Assembly (NCBI GenBank): GCA_002780005.1
Contig: PEWV01000025.1
Coordinates: forward strand, 25,150-89,149
Reading direction: 5' to 3'
Length of the DNA stretch: 64,000 nucleotides
DNA from: Candidatus Aquitaenariimonas noxiae
GTDB lineage: Bacteria; Omnitrophota; Gorgyraeia; Aquitaenariimonadales; Aquitaenariimonadaceae
Of the stretch, positions 50,401 through 60,803 are shown piece after piece. The position numbers were made by a program, and so were the translations under genes. The stretch's first letter is position 1. Each line of letters begins with the position of its first letter. A model generated the notes under the pieces. The model saw only the letters and a program-made list of their open reading frames with translations, was not told where the DNA came from and did not search any database.

Positions 50401-51552
50401 TTAACCTGCTTTCTTTAATAATGACAAATACAAATTTTCGTATTCAGCGGCCATCTTTTTTGCAGTGAAACGTTCTTCGACTGTCTTGCGGGCAGCAAGC
50501 CCTATACCTCTCACCCTTCCTTCGTCTGTCAAAAGCTCCGAAATAATGTTTTTCATGGAATTTATATCCCCGATCGGAACTATAAATCCGTTGCGGCCGT
50601 TTTCTATCACTTCTTTAATACCTCTGACTTCTGTTACAAGAAGCGGCTTTTTAAAATACATCGATTGCAGCGCTACCAACGGAAGCCCTTCGTGCAAAGA
50701 CGTCAAAACGGATATATCCAGCAAGCTCAGGTACGCATTAAGCTCTTTTTTAATATCGCACTCGCCGGATATAATCAATCTATTGCCAAGCCCGAACTGT
50801 AATTTTAACCTCTCAGCTTCCGCTTTTAACGGCCCATCGCCCACTAAAATAAAGGTAACGTTTGGGATTTCTCTCGTTACCTCGCATGCCAACCTAACAA
50901 ACGCAGAGGGGTCTTTCTGCGGAACCAACCTGGCTATCATGCCGACTATTTTATTTCCCGCCGGGATATTATACCTATCTCTAATAAATGCAGGGTTTTC
51001 TTCTTTCAATACGCTTGTATCTATACAGTCATATATAGTAACTACCTTCTCGGGCGGCGATATCTTTCTTCTTATGATTTCCCTTCGCTCTTCCTCTGTC
51101 ACAGTCACTAGCATATTTCCGAAATAGCACGCGAATCGTTCAAGGGCTATATAGAAGTCCTTTTTCAAGGGCGGCAGAGGCTCGTCAAAATACCAATTAT
51201 TCGGCGTATGAATAATCGGGCTTATTCCAAGAAGCCTTCCGGCTATTCTGGCAAGAAACCCGGCCTTCGAACAATGCGTGTGCAATATATCGCATTTTTC
51301 TTTCTTAAGCATCGCAAATATAGAAAAAAAGCTTTTTACGTCAGCACCGAAATTTATGTCCCGCTCCATCCCGAGAGGGATTACGCGCACGCCAAGATCG
51401 CGCAAATCATCTAATAAAGGTCCCCGTTCCGGCCCGGCGAATGTAATTTCGAATTTGTTTTTGTCGGTATAATGCATCAAATCCATCAAAAACCTATAGA
51501 TGCCAAATTCCGTCGCTCTTGAAATGTGTAATAATTTTATTTTTTCAGACAT
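50401..51552 (-). CDS. glycosyltransferase family 4 (GT-B)
   Basis: C-terminal SLHEGLPLVALQSMYFKKPLLVTEVRGIKEV matches the GT4 EX7E region. Confidence 0.7.
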   Translation of the reverse strand: MSEKIKLLHISRATEFGIYRFLMDLMHYTDKNKFEITFAGPERGPLLDDLRDLGVRVIPLGMERDINFGADVKSFFSIFAMLKKEKCDILHTHCSKAGFLARIAGRLLGISPIIHTPNNWYFDEPLPPLKKDFYIALERFACYFGNMLVTVTEEERREIIRRKISPPEKVVTIYDCIDTSVLKEENPAFIRDRYNIPAGNKIVGMIARLVPQKDPSAFVRLACEVTREIPNVTFILVGDGPLKAEAERLKLQFGLGNRLIISGECDIKKELNAYLSLLDISVLTSLHEGLPLVALQSMYFKKPLLVTEVRGIKEVIENGRNGFIVPIGDINSMKNIISELLTDEGRVRGIGLAARKTVEERFTAKKMAAEYENLYLSLLKKAG

Positions 51553-51565
51553 TGCAAAAAGTGCA

Positions 51566-53002
51566 CTACGCCCCTTCCCTTGCCGAAGTAATCAAATCAA
51601 CTAATTTTCTAAAACCGACATTTTCCCTGAAGGCCCTCTCAATAAAAGGTATCGTGTAAAGATACGCAAATATATACGCCAGGGGGCCGTACCTTTTTAA
51701 TTTTCTCCTGACGGATCTTTTTAATATGCCTTTCCTCACCATATCCGAATGTTTAAATGTTTTGATTCTTTCTTTGACCGAAAAATCTTTTGTTTCGTAA
51801 ACAGGCTTAAATATGAAACTCGTAAAATCATTAAGATATTTTTCTGGTTTGATTAAAAAAAGTTTATTACTTTCCGCCCACCTGAACAACTCTGTTTTTG
51901 GATAAGGTATAGGATTAAAAAACTTGGCTTCCAGCACGGGATATTTTAAAGCGACCTCGAAGCTATCTTGGACCGTATCTATAGTTTCTCCGGGCAAACC
52001 GATAATAAAGAACAAAGTAACATCTAATCCGGCTTGGCAACCTATATTTATAGCCTTCTCCAGTATTTCCCTCGTTTCACCCTTCTTCATGGCTTGTAAC
52101 ACAATATCGTTCCCACTCTCTACACCAAAAGCTATGTGGCAAAAACCCGCATCTTTCATATGTTTTAATAACGCGATATCGACTTTATCCGCACGCAATC
52201 CGTTTCCGCACCGGAGCTTTAGATTTTCGAGTTTTCGCCTAATGATCTCGTCGCAAATCATGTGGACGCGCTCTTTATCATACGAAAAATTATCATCCGC
52301 CATTTCTAACCTTCTACATCCACGCTTATACCAGTATTCTATTTCATCAGCCACATGAGCCGGACTACGCATTCTCACTCTTGCTCCGCTCGCCAACCTT
52401 ACCGTACAATAAATGCACCCGTAGGGGCAACCTCTGCTTGTAATTAAATCGATTTCACGCAGCATATATTTATCAAGCTCAAATTTGAAATAAGTAGGAA
52501 AATTTATTGAGTCTAAATCAGTCTCGAAGGCTCTGTCGCCATTGTATTTTACGGCATAGCCATCTCTGTACAGAAGGCCTTTTATTCCGGCAACATCTAC
52601 GCCTCTGCATAGCTCTGGAACTGTTTTTTCGCCCTCACACACAATGCCATAATCAATAGCTTCGCATTCTTTAAGCGCGGCCTCTCGCATAGTAGAAACA
52701 TGTGCCCCGCCCAAAACAACTTTTATATCCGGAAACTTATTTTTTATAGAGGCCAATATGCCATATGTATTTTTATACATATATGTCATCATGCTTACGG
52801 CTATTAAATCCGGGATATAACTTTCTATTTTTTTGAAAAGAGCTTTGGCATTATAGCCTAGAGCCATATCGAATACGTCGTACTCGATATTCTCTCTTTT
52901 TAACGCTTCGGCTACATAACCTAAACCGGTAGGAGGGCGAAATGCACCAAATCTTGTATGCGGATAATATGGATTTACGAAGAGAACTTTTTTATACTTC
53001 AT
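51566..53002 (-). CDS. B12-binding-domain radical SAM protein
   Basis: N-terminal cobalamin-binding-like Rossmann segment (KVLFVNPYYP..), then the radical SAM CxxxCxxC motif (SRGCPYGCIYC). Confidence 0.75.
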   Translation of the reverse strand: MKYKKVLFVNPYYPHTRFGAFRPPTGLGYVAEALKRENIEYDVFDMALGYNAKALFKKIESYIPDLIAVSMMTYMYKNTYGILASIKNKFPDIKVVLGGAHVSTMREAALKECEAIDYGIVCEGEKTVPELCRGVDVAGIKGLLYRDGYAVKYNGDRAFETDLDSINFPTYFKFELDKYMLREIDLITSRGCPYGCIYCTVRLASGARVRMRSPAHVADEIEYWYKRGCRRLEMADDNFSYDKERVHMICDEIIRRKLENLKLRCGNGLRADKVDIALLKHMKDAGFCHIAFGVESGNDIVLQAMKKGETREILEKAINIGCQAGLDVTLFFIIGLPGETIDTVQDSFEVALKYPVLEAKFFNPIPYPKTELFRWAESNKLFLIKPEKYLNDFTSFIFKPVYETKDFSVKERIKTFKHSDMVRKGILKRSVRRKLKRYGPLAYIFAYLYTIPFIERAFRENVGFRKLVDLITSAREGA

Positions 53003-53011
53003 TATACAATT

Positions 53012-54400
53012 CTAGGTCTTATGTTTATCGATCAGGGCGACCGCCCCTACCAGGAAGCCTATTACAATCGTTCTTCCCGGAAAGCTTAACTCGGGCCCGG
53101 TAAAAGAAGCTGCTGATAACGCCACAAAAGCGACTACGCAACTTAAAGCAAATATACTATAGTATTCATTTTTTGTAGCCTTACACACTTTCAAACCATA
53201 AAAAATAAATGCTACGGAAAACCATAAGATAGCGATAAGACCAAAAAGCCCTGTATTCAAATAATAAAACAGGTAAGAATTATGAATATAGACTGAGGTG
53301 TCGATCGGCATTTTCGCCCTATCATATCTAATATAAGAGACCTGAGTACCTAACCCATTGCCCATAATTGGGTGTTGGCGTATCTTTTCTATTGCAGCCT
53401 TCCATTCGGAAAATCTAGTCACGGCAGTCGGCTCCTCGGACGGTCTTAAAATAGTGGAAAAACGTTCGCTTATCAAATATGGAAGCCTGAACAATAAATT
53501 TTCATAAGGAAAAAAGGAGCTTGCTTCTATATATATGCATACTAAAAGCAAAACAATCAAGATATACTTCAGAAAACGCATTTTTCTCATAGGCGTTAAT
53601 ACCAAAAATAGGAATATTATGCCTGCGATGCTTCCCAACCAGCGGCTTCGGACGAAAGCGACTACTTGTTGAATACCAAAAAATAGCGTTGATAGCACAT
53701 AAAAAATTTTAACCTTATTATCCTTTGACAAAACCGCGAACGGGATACTCATCATAAAAATAACCAATCCCGCGGAACTCGCACGCGCTATTCTTGGAAT
53801 TGCTGAACCGCCTATGTATACAGTTTTAGGGTCTACGGCTAAATTATAAAAAACACCCCTTACCACAGCAATTAAGGTAAAAATAAACAAGACTATAAAG
53901 ATTCGATTCAGATCTTTCAAAGAACGCAGATAGCCTGCAATTACAAAACATATGGCATAGAATGAAATAAGATTAAGATGGCTTCCCCACGCTAAAAGAG
54001 GCCTATCTTTACTAATAGCTATAAATACAGAATATAAAGTTACTACAAAAAACAGCGCTAAAGGAAAAAGTGTCGCAGAACCCAATTTAGGCAATTCATC
54101 TTTAATGGCAAGGTCGGAAATACTCTTGATCATCCAGCATGTAAGCAATAACACAAATATGCCGCTATAAACCACTTCCAGGAAGGCAATACCGCTGCTA
54201 TTGAACCACAAGATCTGAAAAGGCGTAAAGGCTAGCAACATACTCACCAGAATCCATGGTGCCAAGACTGCAAGCATAAGAACTATAATACCCCCTGCTA
54301 TCATAAGCCCTGAGAACGGATCCATAAGGATCACGTAACCAATACTCACAGCTATAGCAATAAGAAAAAATGTGGTTAATAAATTATTTTTTCTTTCCAT
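53012..54400 (-). CDS. O-antigen ligase / polymerase-like (Wzy/WaaL family) integral membrane protein
   Basis: 462 aa with about 10-12 TM helices and a larger loop in the C-terminal third. Confidence 0.5.
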   Translation of the reverse strand: MERKNNLLTTFFLIAIAVSIGYVILMDPFSGLMIAGGIIVLMLAVLAPWILVSMLLAFTPFQILWFNSSGIAFLEVVYSGIFVLLLTCWMIKSISDLAIKDELPKLGSATLFPLALFFVVTLYSVFIAISKDRPLLAWGSHLNLISFYAICFVIAGYLRSLKDLNRIFIVLFIFTLIAVVRGVFYNLAVDPKTVYIGGSAIPRIARASSAGLVIFMMSIPFAVLSKDNKVKIFYVLSTLFFGIQQVVAFVRSRWLGSIAGIIFLFLVLTPMRKMRFLKYILIVLLLVCIYIEASSFFPYENLLFRLPYLISERFSTILRPSEEPTAVTRFSEWKAAIEKIRQHPIMGNGLGTQVSYIRYDRAKMPIDTSVYIHNSYLFYYLNTGLFGLIAILWFSVAFIFYGLKVCKATKNEYYSIFALSCVVAFVALSAASFTGPELSFPGRTIVIGFLVGAVALIDKHKT

Positions 54401-54409
54401 AAATATACC

Positions 54410-55330
54410 TCAGGCATTCTTCTTCGCAAAAGACGCTGTAATGGAAGCCCCGCCAGGGCTCAGTTCTTCAAGACAACTCAATATCATCACGGGCGCTACT
54501 ATTATACTCTTAATAATAAAAGATATAAGCCATTTTTTATCTTTAAGCTTTTCGGTAAACGCCGCCCTATTCACGATATTAAAGTTCAATAAATTCAATA
54601 TGCTCATCATCCACCCAAAATAAGTATCCACGAATAAATGGTAATTTATGTCTTTAACGAGAAACCCTGATCTATTAAACATGTATTCAAGGCTATATTT
54701 TGAAAAATGGTAGAGATGGCGAGGAACATCTAGATGATACCATTTATCCTTAAAAATCCTGGCTTGGATGCTGTCAATATTCGGAACACATACAATAAGT
54801 GTACCGTCTTTTTTTAATAATCCCCCAATTCTAGATAAAACCGCCTTAATGTCGGGAATGTGTTCCAATGAGTGCCAAAATGTAATTACGTCGAAATAGT
54901 TCTCGGGATAGGAAATATCCGTTATGGCTTCCGTGTCGATCTTCATCCCAAAGTCTTCTAGAGCAAACCGCGCTACATTTTCTGATAAATCGAGCCCTTT
55001 CACTTCCCAGCCCTCTTTTTTCAAGCTATTCAAAAAAAGAGGATAACCGCAACCCACGTCAAGGATCCTGCCTTTTCCGCGCGCGCTCGTAAATTTTTTA
55101 AGTATATTCAGTTTATTCCCAAGCCTTAGGTCAGTCTTGTCAAAATAAACATTGCTTGGATAAAAATCTTTTATCTTGTTGGCATCGGGTAAGAAATTGA
55201 GAAAAATAAAATTGCATTCCTTGCACTTTGAAATTTCATATTTATCGCCTACTTTCATATTATAATCTTTTGCGATATACAATACGTCATGATTATCCGC
55301 TCCGCATATAGGGCAATTAAGATATTTCAT
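54410..55330 (-). CDS. class I SAM-dependent methyltransferase with N-terminal zinc ribbon
   Basis: CPICG...CKECNF, then ILDVGCGYPLF (motif I) and LKKDGTLIV. Confidence 0.7.
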   Translation of the reverse strand: MKYLNCPICGADNHDVLYIAKDYNMKVGDKYEISKCKECNFIFLNFLPDANKIKDFYPSNVYFDKTDLRLGNKLNILKKFTSARGKGRILDVGCGYPLFLNSLKKEGWEVKGLDLSENVARFALEDFGMKIDTEAITDISYPENYFDVITFWHSLEHIPDIKAVLSRIGGLLKKDGTLIVCVPNIDSIQARIFKDKWYHLDVPRHLYHFSKYSLEYMFNRSGFLVKDINYHLFVDTYFGWMMSILNLLNFNIVNRAAFTEKLKDKKWLISFIIKSIIVAPVMILSCLEELSPGGASITASFAKKNA

Positions 55331-55347
55331 TTTTTATAAGGCCTCAC

Positions 55348-56376
55348 TTATATACATGCAACTCTATATTTAACAGAGCCACACAACCTGCCAACATCGA
55401 ATATAAATCTTTCCAGGGTCCAATATAATAAAATACCGATATACGAAAATAAATTAACCCGTACCCCTGACTTCGCTGTAATATTCAATACTTTGAGAGC
55501 TATACCAAGGATCGAAGAAGCCAATATGAGCATAGCTAACCATTTATTAAAAAAACTCACTATAGCTGAAACTAATAATATATTTATAACGGAGAAAAAA
55601 TACAACTGCGTTCTAATGGGAGAATTAAAATGTATCACTTTGCCGCCAAAAAAAAATATATTAAACCCGGTGCAATAGTATTTCTTGAGAAATCTGGCTT
55701 CCAGTAACCCTGAGGAAAAAGTTTTTTGAAAACGGCATTTGAACTCTTCTCTGTGATCATGAACAACCGTTAATTCAGGATTGTAAATGGCCCTTTTCCC
55801 TATCTTATATATTCTCTTGCACAAATCCGCGTCCTCGCCCAACCTCATCTCTTCATCAAATTTTCCGGCCTTAAAAAATAAGCTCTTCGATACGGCAAAA
55901 GTTCCGCCCAATAGAAATCTATTATCCTCGACACGCGCCCCGATAGCTTCTCTTTTGCCGAAGCTCGCCTTCCCTATGATATTTAGATAACTTCCAATAA
56001 AATTTGTCATATCGAGTCCTTCATATGTGCCGCCGGCTATTTCGCAGCCGCCAGAGAATTCATTATCAATGATCTCTATCCAATTCACCGGAGGAATGCA
56101 ATCTGCGTCTAAAAAAGCTATTGTATTATTGCTTGCGAGCGAAGCGCCTTTATTTCTGGCTGCGGAAGGGCCTTTTTTAATTTCTTTATCCAGGATTATG
56201 TTTAAAGAAGGGTTAGTCTTCGCGAATTCTTTTACTTTTTCCGCTGTCTTATCGGAGGAGCCGTTGTCTACCACTATGATCTCTCTTGGAATTTTTTTCT
56301 GATGCAAAAGGGCGTTAAGGGTTTCGCTGATCGTGCCTTCTGCATTGTATGCCGGGATAACAACGGATATGTTCAA
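55348..56376 (-). CDS. glycosyltransferase family 2 with C-terminal TM segments
   Basis: ISVVIPAYNAEGTI, IVVDNGSSD and FLDADC (DxD). Confidence 0.7.
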   Translation of the reverse strand: MNISVVIPAYNAEGTISETLNALLHQKKIPREIIVVDNGSSDKTAEKVKEFAKTNPSLNIILDKEIKKGPSAARNKGASLASNNTIAFLDADCIPPVNWIEIIDNEFSGGCEIAGGTYEGLDMTNFIGSYLNIIGKASFGKREAIGARVEDNRFLLGGTFAVSKSLFFKAGKFDEEMRLGEDADLCKRIYKIGKRAIYNPELTVVHDHREEFKCRFQKTFSSGLLEARFLKKYYCTGFNIFFFGGKVIHFNSPIRTQLYFFSVINILLVSAIVSFFNKWLAMLILASSILGIALKVLNITAKSGVRVNLFSYIGILLYWTLERFIFDVGRLCGSVKYRVACI

Positions 56377-56396
56377 GGCCGCTCCTTGTGGTAAAT

Positions 56397-57836
56397 TTAA
56401 GACGCCGAGAGAATTCGCTTGAGATATCCTCTTTCTCTAAATATAAAGCCTTTTAAAAAATACGTAACTGCAAGGTATAACAAAATGGCCAAACCTACTA
56501 CCACAAAAATATTGGCATGCCTAAATGAATATACAAATACCCCTGTTACAAATGCCGCTATAATTGTTTTCAAGAAAACGCGCGCGAGCGAGAAGCCGCC
56601 TAAACATTTTATAACCACGAACATAAGCGTAGAAAACATGATAAATTCGGTCAATATGCTGGATATCGCCGCACCTATGTAGTTTAAACGCGGTATCAGG
56701 CTTAAGTTTAAAGCTACATTTAATAATACGCCAAACCCGCAGATAAAAGGTAGTACCTTTTGTTTATCCAAAGTCACCATAACATAGGTATTCAATGATC
56801 CGAAAACTACTAAAAATGCCGTACATGATAAAAACCTCATAACAAGCGCTGTGCTTTCAAATCCCGGACCGTAAAGTAATAATGCGATCCTGTTCGATAA
56901 AAGCGCTATTAAAACTGCGGCCGGTAAAAACAAAAACACTACCAAGCTAAGACTTTTCTCATAAACTGCTTTAAAATCATTCTCCGAAGATCTGTGTAGG
57001 CGGGAAAATAAAGGGAAAAAGGCGGTCGCGATAGCGCCCGATAGAACAATAAACCCATCTACGATAACATAGGCGGCATTATATATACCTACTGCCTCAT
57101 CGCCATTTATCCTGTATAAAAACAATGTCGCGATCTTTAAATAGAGAACAGCAAAAAGCTGGGTAAGCCAAAGGGGTATAGTCTTTATTATATATTCTCG
57201 CAAAGCATCAATCTCTAAGGAGGGATATTTGAAACCTATCATTTTCATACAGAAAAAACCCATAATTGCCAAGGTAAGCGCGTTTGCAATAAAGAAAATA
57301 CAAAATAGCCCTATTAATCCTCCCCCGTTATATAAATACCAGATACCTAAAGAAATGAAAATAATGTTTTTGAATAAGTTCCCAAATAATTGATATTCCA
57401 TCTTTTCGAAGGCTTGGAAGACAGACTCAAAAAGAACGATCAATCTGACGAGAAAATAAGAAAACGCGCATAGGTATATTACTAATGCCACTTCCTTGGG
57501 GCAATTTAAAACAACAACAACTAGGCCAGCCAGGACTAATGTAAGACTACTTAATATGAAGTTTATAACGCCGAAATTGAACAAATACTTGGAGGCATTA
57601 GATTTATCTTTGGATACTTCTCTTATCAAAAGTATGTTAAGGCCTAAATCCGTGGCTAAAAATAATATTTGGGATATTACGAGGGCAAGGGTATACTGGC
57701 CCAGCTGGGCCTTGCCCAAGAGCCTTCCTATAAAAAAAAGCATAATCAACAAAGCGCCTTTATTGATGAATTCCCTCATCAATAATGACATTGTATTTTT
57801 TAGTAAGATACGTATATCCGCAATCGTGCTTCTCAT
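56397..57836 (-). CDS. wzx: polysaccharide flippase (Wzx / MOP-family polysaccharide biosynthesis protein)
   Basis: 479 aa with about 12-14 TM helices, matching the MOP flippase architecture. Confidence 0.6.
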   Translation of the reverse strand: MRSTIADIRILLKNTMSLLMREFINKGALLIMLFFIGRLLGKAQLGQYTLALVISQILFLATDLGLNILLIREVSKDKSNASKYLFNFGVINFILSSLTLVLAGLVVVVLNCPKEVALVIYLCAFSYFLVRLIVLFESVFQAFEKMEYQLFGNLFKNIIFISLGIWYLYNGGGLIGLFCIFFIANALTLAIMGFFCMKMIGFKYPSLEIDALREYIIKTIPLWLTQLFAVLYLKIATLFLYRINGDEAVGIYNAAYVIVDGFIVLSGAIATAFFPLFSRLHRSSENDFKAVYEKSLSLVVFLFLPAAVLIALLSNRIALLLYGPGFESTALVMRFLSCTAFLVVFGSLNTYVMVTLDKQKVLPFICGFGVLLNVALNLSLIPRLNYIGAAISSILTEFIMFSTLMFVVIKCLGGFSLARVFLKTIIAAFVTGVFVYSFRHANIFVVVGLAILLYLAVTYFLKGFIFRERGYLKRILSAS

Positions 57837-57874
57837 CTCAAGTTTTGTTTATGATGTTTTTGTCATATACTAAT

Positions 57875-58600
57875 TTAAGATAGCTTCCTGCCCTCAAAAA
57901 TCAAGGTCTCTGCTCTATTAATATAATCCGGTACACTTTGACTGTGACTTTCAATATTCTGCATGTTTACGTCGTCACTTTTTCCTACGTCATACTTTAC
58001 GATATTATCAAAACCGGCTTCTTTCATTGCCTTCTGTAGTGTTTTAAAATCATAAATAAATTTATGTCCATAGTTTTGAAAGCAATTGTTAATAACAAAG
58101 ACGCTTTCATAAATCCCAATATCAGATAAATAGGTATCCACAATCCAAGAAATATATTTCTCTTGTAACGCAGTTTTCTCTGAATTATAAAGTTTGATAA
58201 AAAAGCTAAGGTCGGGTGTAGCTATGCGTATTCTACCGCCACGTTTCAGGATACGGAAACATTCGCGCAGGAAATGCATACCCTTCTGATATTCTAAATG
58301 TTCGATCATGTGCTCACTATAGATATAATTAAACGTGCAATCATCAAAAGGGAATTTTTTTTTGGCATCAAGGAACATTACATCCTTGATAGGTTCGATA
58401 TCGGCATTAAGCCAACCTTGCAATATATTTGCTCCTGCACCAATCTGTAACTTGTGAATTTGATGTATCTTCAGGTATATATTGAGCTTTGAGTGGCGGG
58501 TTAACCTACTCAAACAAATTCTCCATATATTACGTATTTTTACAAAAATGCGACGTAAACCTACTTTTTCCAAATATTGTTTAAATCCTCGATACGCCAT
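57875..58600 (-). CDS. class I SAM-dependent methyltransferase
   Basis: LQIGAGANIL (motif I-like) and LKRGGRIRIATPD (post-II). Confidence 0.55.
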   Translation of the reverse strand: MAYRGFKQYLEKVGLRRIFVKIRNIWRICLSRLTRHSKLNIYLKIHQIHKLQIGAGANILQGWLNADIEPIKDVMFLDAKKKFPFDDCTFNYIYSEHMIEHLEYQKGMHFLRECFRILKRGGRIRIATPDLSFFIKLYNSEKTALQEKYISWIVDTYLSDIGIYESVFVINNCFQNYGHKFIYDFKTLQKAMKEAGFDNIVKYDVGKSDDVNMQNIESHSQSVPDYINRAETLIFEGRKLS

Positions 58601-58658
58601 CGGAATAATACCTTTTCCGTATTTCTGCTTTGTACCATTTCACCAGTTTCTAATATTT

Positions 58659-58687
58659 AAAAAGGCCTCGTTAATAAAGGCCTTTTT
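58659..58687 (-). terminator. putative rho-independent terminator downstream of the tyrosine-autokinase gene
   Basis: AAAAAGGCCT-cgttaataa-AGGCCTTTTT is a perfect 10-bp inverted repeat flanked by A/T runs on both sides, so it could act bidirectionally. It lies in the 133-bp gap between the two CDSs. Confidence 0.45.
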
Positions 58688-58733
58688 AAATTTTCTATCT
58701 TTATTCTAATAAATAAAATATGGCTGGATATAT

Positions 58734-60773
58734 TTATAGGTGCCTGTATAATTTTTCCGGAATAACGTATTCTACATTATTTAATACTGCCCCTAAAATT
58801 TTCCTTCGTGATTTATCTAAAAGCGATTTTGCCCGTTCAACGGCTTCGCGGTTTGTGTCGCCGAACTTGATTACCATTATTATCCCTTCTGACTCAAACC
58901 CTAAAATTGATGCGTCCGGATAAGATATTAAGGCGGGTGAATCAATGATAACATAATCATACTGCGCCTTTACCCTATTAATAAATTCTTTCATGGCGTC
59001 TGACGCCAACAATCTGGAAGGCTCCGAAATCTCTTCAGCTGCGGATATTAAATGTAAATTGTTGATGTCGGTAGAATCCACCCTGATCGCCTTTCCCTGA
59101 GATAACATTTCCACAAGATTGTTTCTGACTTTTAATTCAAAGAATTTATGCATGCTGGGCTGCCTTAGATTAGCGTCCACTATAAGAACTTTTTTGTCCT
59201 TTATCGAGGCTAAAGACATGGCCAAATTAGCGCACACTACGCTTTTGCCCTCATGGCGGCTGGCGCTCGTTATGAGAAGAGTGTTTATTCCGTTTTCCTT
59301 GCATAACTGCTGTATGCTGGTGCTCAAGGTATGAAATTTTTCGGAAATGGGAGATCCCGGAGTATATAAGGTAAAGACCTTTCCCTTCGCTTTAGGAATT
59401 GACGTAAAAACTGGAAGCTCTAAATGACGCCTTATCTCATCCACTGTCTTTAGGGAATGATCCCAATATTCTTTTAAAAAAGCCCCTCCTACGCCGCACA
59501 TTAAGCCTATTACGCATCCCAGAATAGTGTTGAGCACTTTTTTAGGCTTTGAAGGCACTAGCGGTTCTTTGGCTGGATCTACTATCTTTATATTTATCAG
59601 CAGATTGCTTTTTATCGACTCGGTAAGGGCTGCCTCTTCCTGCCTTCCCAATAGGTTGAGATATAGTTCGTTTTTGCTTTTGATTTGACGTTCTAACCTA
59701 TCATATTCTAAATCTATATTGGAAAGTTCTTCCAATCTTTTGCTATATTTATCCTTCACTTCCTCCAAAGTCTTTTTTCTTGACTCATACGCAGTAAGAT
59801 CCGATTCCATTGAATTTACAACATTCATTATCTCTTTATTTAATTCTGCCTTGGTTTGATCGATCTCTTTATTGACGCCTTCGACGGGGATGCTCTCTTT
59901 GTTGTATCTGTTCAAAAGATCCGTGCGTTTTAATTCCGAATCCAATAATTTCATCTTAAGCGAATCCACAACCGGATTCGCTATCATCTGAGAAGCAACG
60001 ATAAGACCATTTTCTTGTTTTAGACTGTTTTTCAGCCCTTCGAGCCTCATATAATTTTCTTTTATATCTGCTAATACATTTTCATATTCGGCTTTAAAAT
60101 CCGCCAATCTGTCTGTCGTGGCCTCGATCTCTCTCTTTATAGAAGCTACATCCCCTTTTTTCTTTAATTCACTCAGTTTATCTTCGACTTCTCGAAGTTC
60201 CTTATCTAAAATTTCGACCCGTTCTGTCAAAACCCCGGAAACGCTTTTTGTTCTATTCTGCTTCAGCTCAGACATCCATTTCACGTAATCATCGGCAATC
60301 GCATTCGTTATTCTTGCTGACATCTCGGCGTTACCGTCTTCCACGCTAAGCTTTATAATATCAGTGTCTTCTTTTTGCTCTACCTTCACTCTTTCTTTTA
60401 GTGAATTTACGGCTTTCTCGACCTGATTGGGCGCTTCGAAATATTTATCAAGACCAAACTCCAAAACCACCCTTTCCAATATCTGGCGGCTTTTTATAAT
60501 TTCGCTTTGCGTTTTAGTCAGCGCAGACCTCTCGTCTGCTACCGAAAGTTGGTATGGCACGCTCGCAATGTCATAATCTTTATGTATAAGAGGCGCCCTT
60601 GGCTCGCGCTCAACTACAATAAGGGTAAACGCTTCGTAGGTTGGCGGCATAAGAAAGGTCCCTATTACCGTAGTAAGCGAAATGACCAGAAAAAGGACTA
60701 TGGCTGTGCTTTTCCAATAATATAAGATCCTGAAATAATCTCTCAGACTTGTTTTTATATCTTGACTTTCCAC
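58734..60773 (-). CDS. wzc: polysaccharide co-polymerase / tyrosine autokinase (Wzc-like: Wzz periplasmic domain plus BY-kinase)
   Basis: 679 aa with an N-terminal TM segment, a long coiled-coil periplasmic region and a second TM. The C-terminal P-loop domain has Walker A SASRHEGKS, A' VLIVDANLRQP and B YDYVIIDSPAL. Confidence 0.75.
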   Translation of the reverse strand: MESQDIKTSLRDYFRILYYWKSTAIVLFLVISLTTVIGTFLMPPTYEAFTLIVVEREPRAPLIHKDYDIASVPYQLSVADERSALTKTQSEIIKSRQILERVVLEFGLDKYFEAPNQVEKAVNSLKERVKVEQKEDTDIIKLSVEDGNAEMSARITNAIADDYVKWMSELKQNRTKSVSGVLTERVEILDKELREVEDKLSELKKKGDVASIKREIEATTDRLADFKAEYENVLADIKENYMRLEGLKNSLKQENGLIVASQMIANPVVDSLKMKLLDSELKRTDLLNRYNKESIPVEGVNKEIDQTKAELNKEIMNVVNSMESDLTAYESRKKTLEEVKDKYSKRLEELSNIDLEYDRLERQIKSKNELYLNLLGRQEEAALTESIKSNLLINIKIVDPAKEPLVPSKPKKVLNTILGCVIGLMCGVGGAFLKEYWDHSLKTVDEIRRHLELPVFTSIPKAKGKVFTLYTPGSPISEKFHTLSTSIQQLCKENGINTLLITSASRHEGKSVVCANLAMSLASIKDKKVLIVDANLRQPSMHKFFELKVRNNLVEMLSQGKAIRVDSTDINNLHLISAAEEISEPSRLLASDAMKEFINRVKAQYDYVIIDSPALISYPDASILGFESEGIIMVIKFGDTNREAVERAKSLLDKSRRKILGAVLNNVEYVIPEKLYRHL

Positions 60774-60803
60774 GTTAGCGGGCCCCCCTTGTTTTTAGTA
60801 TCA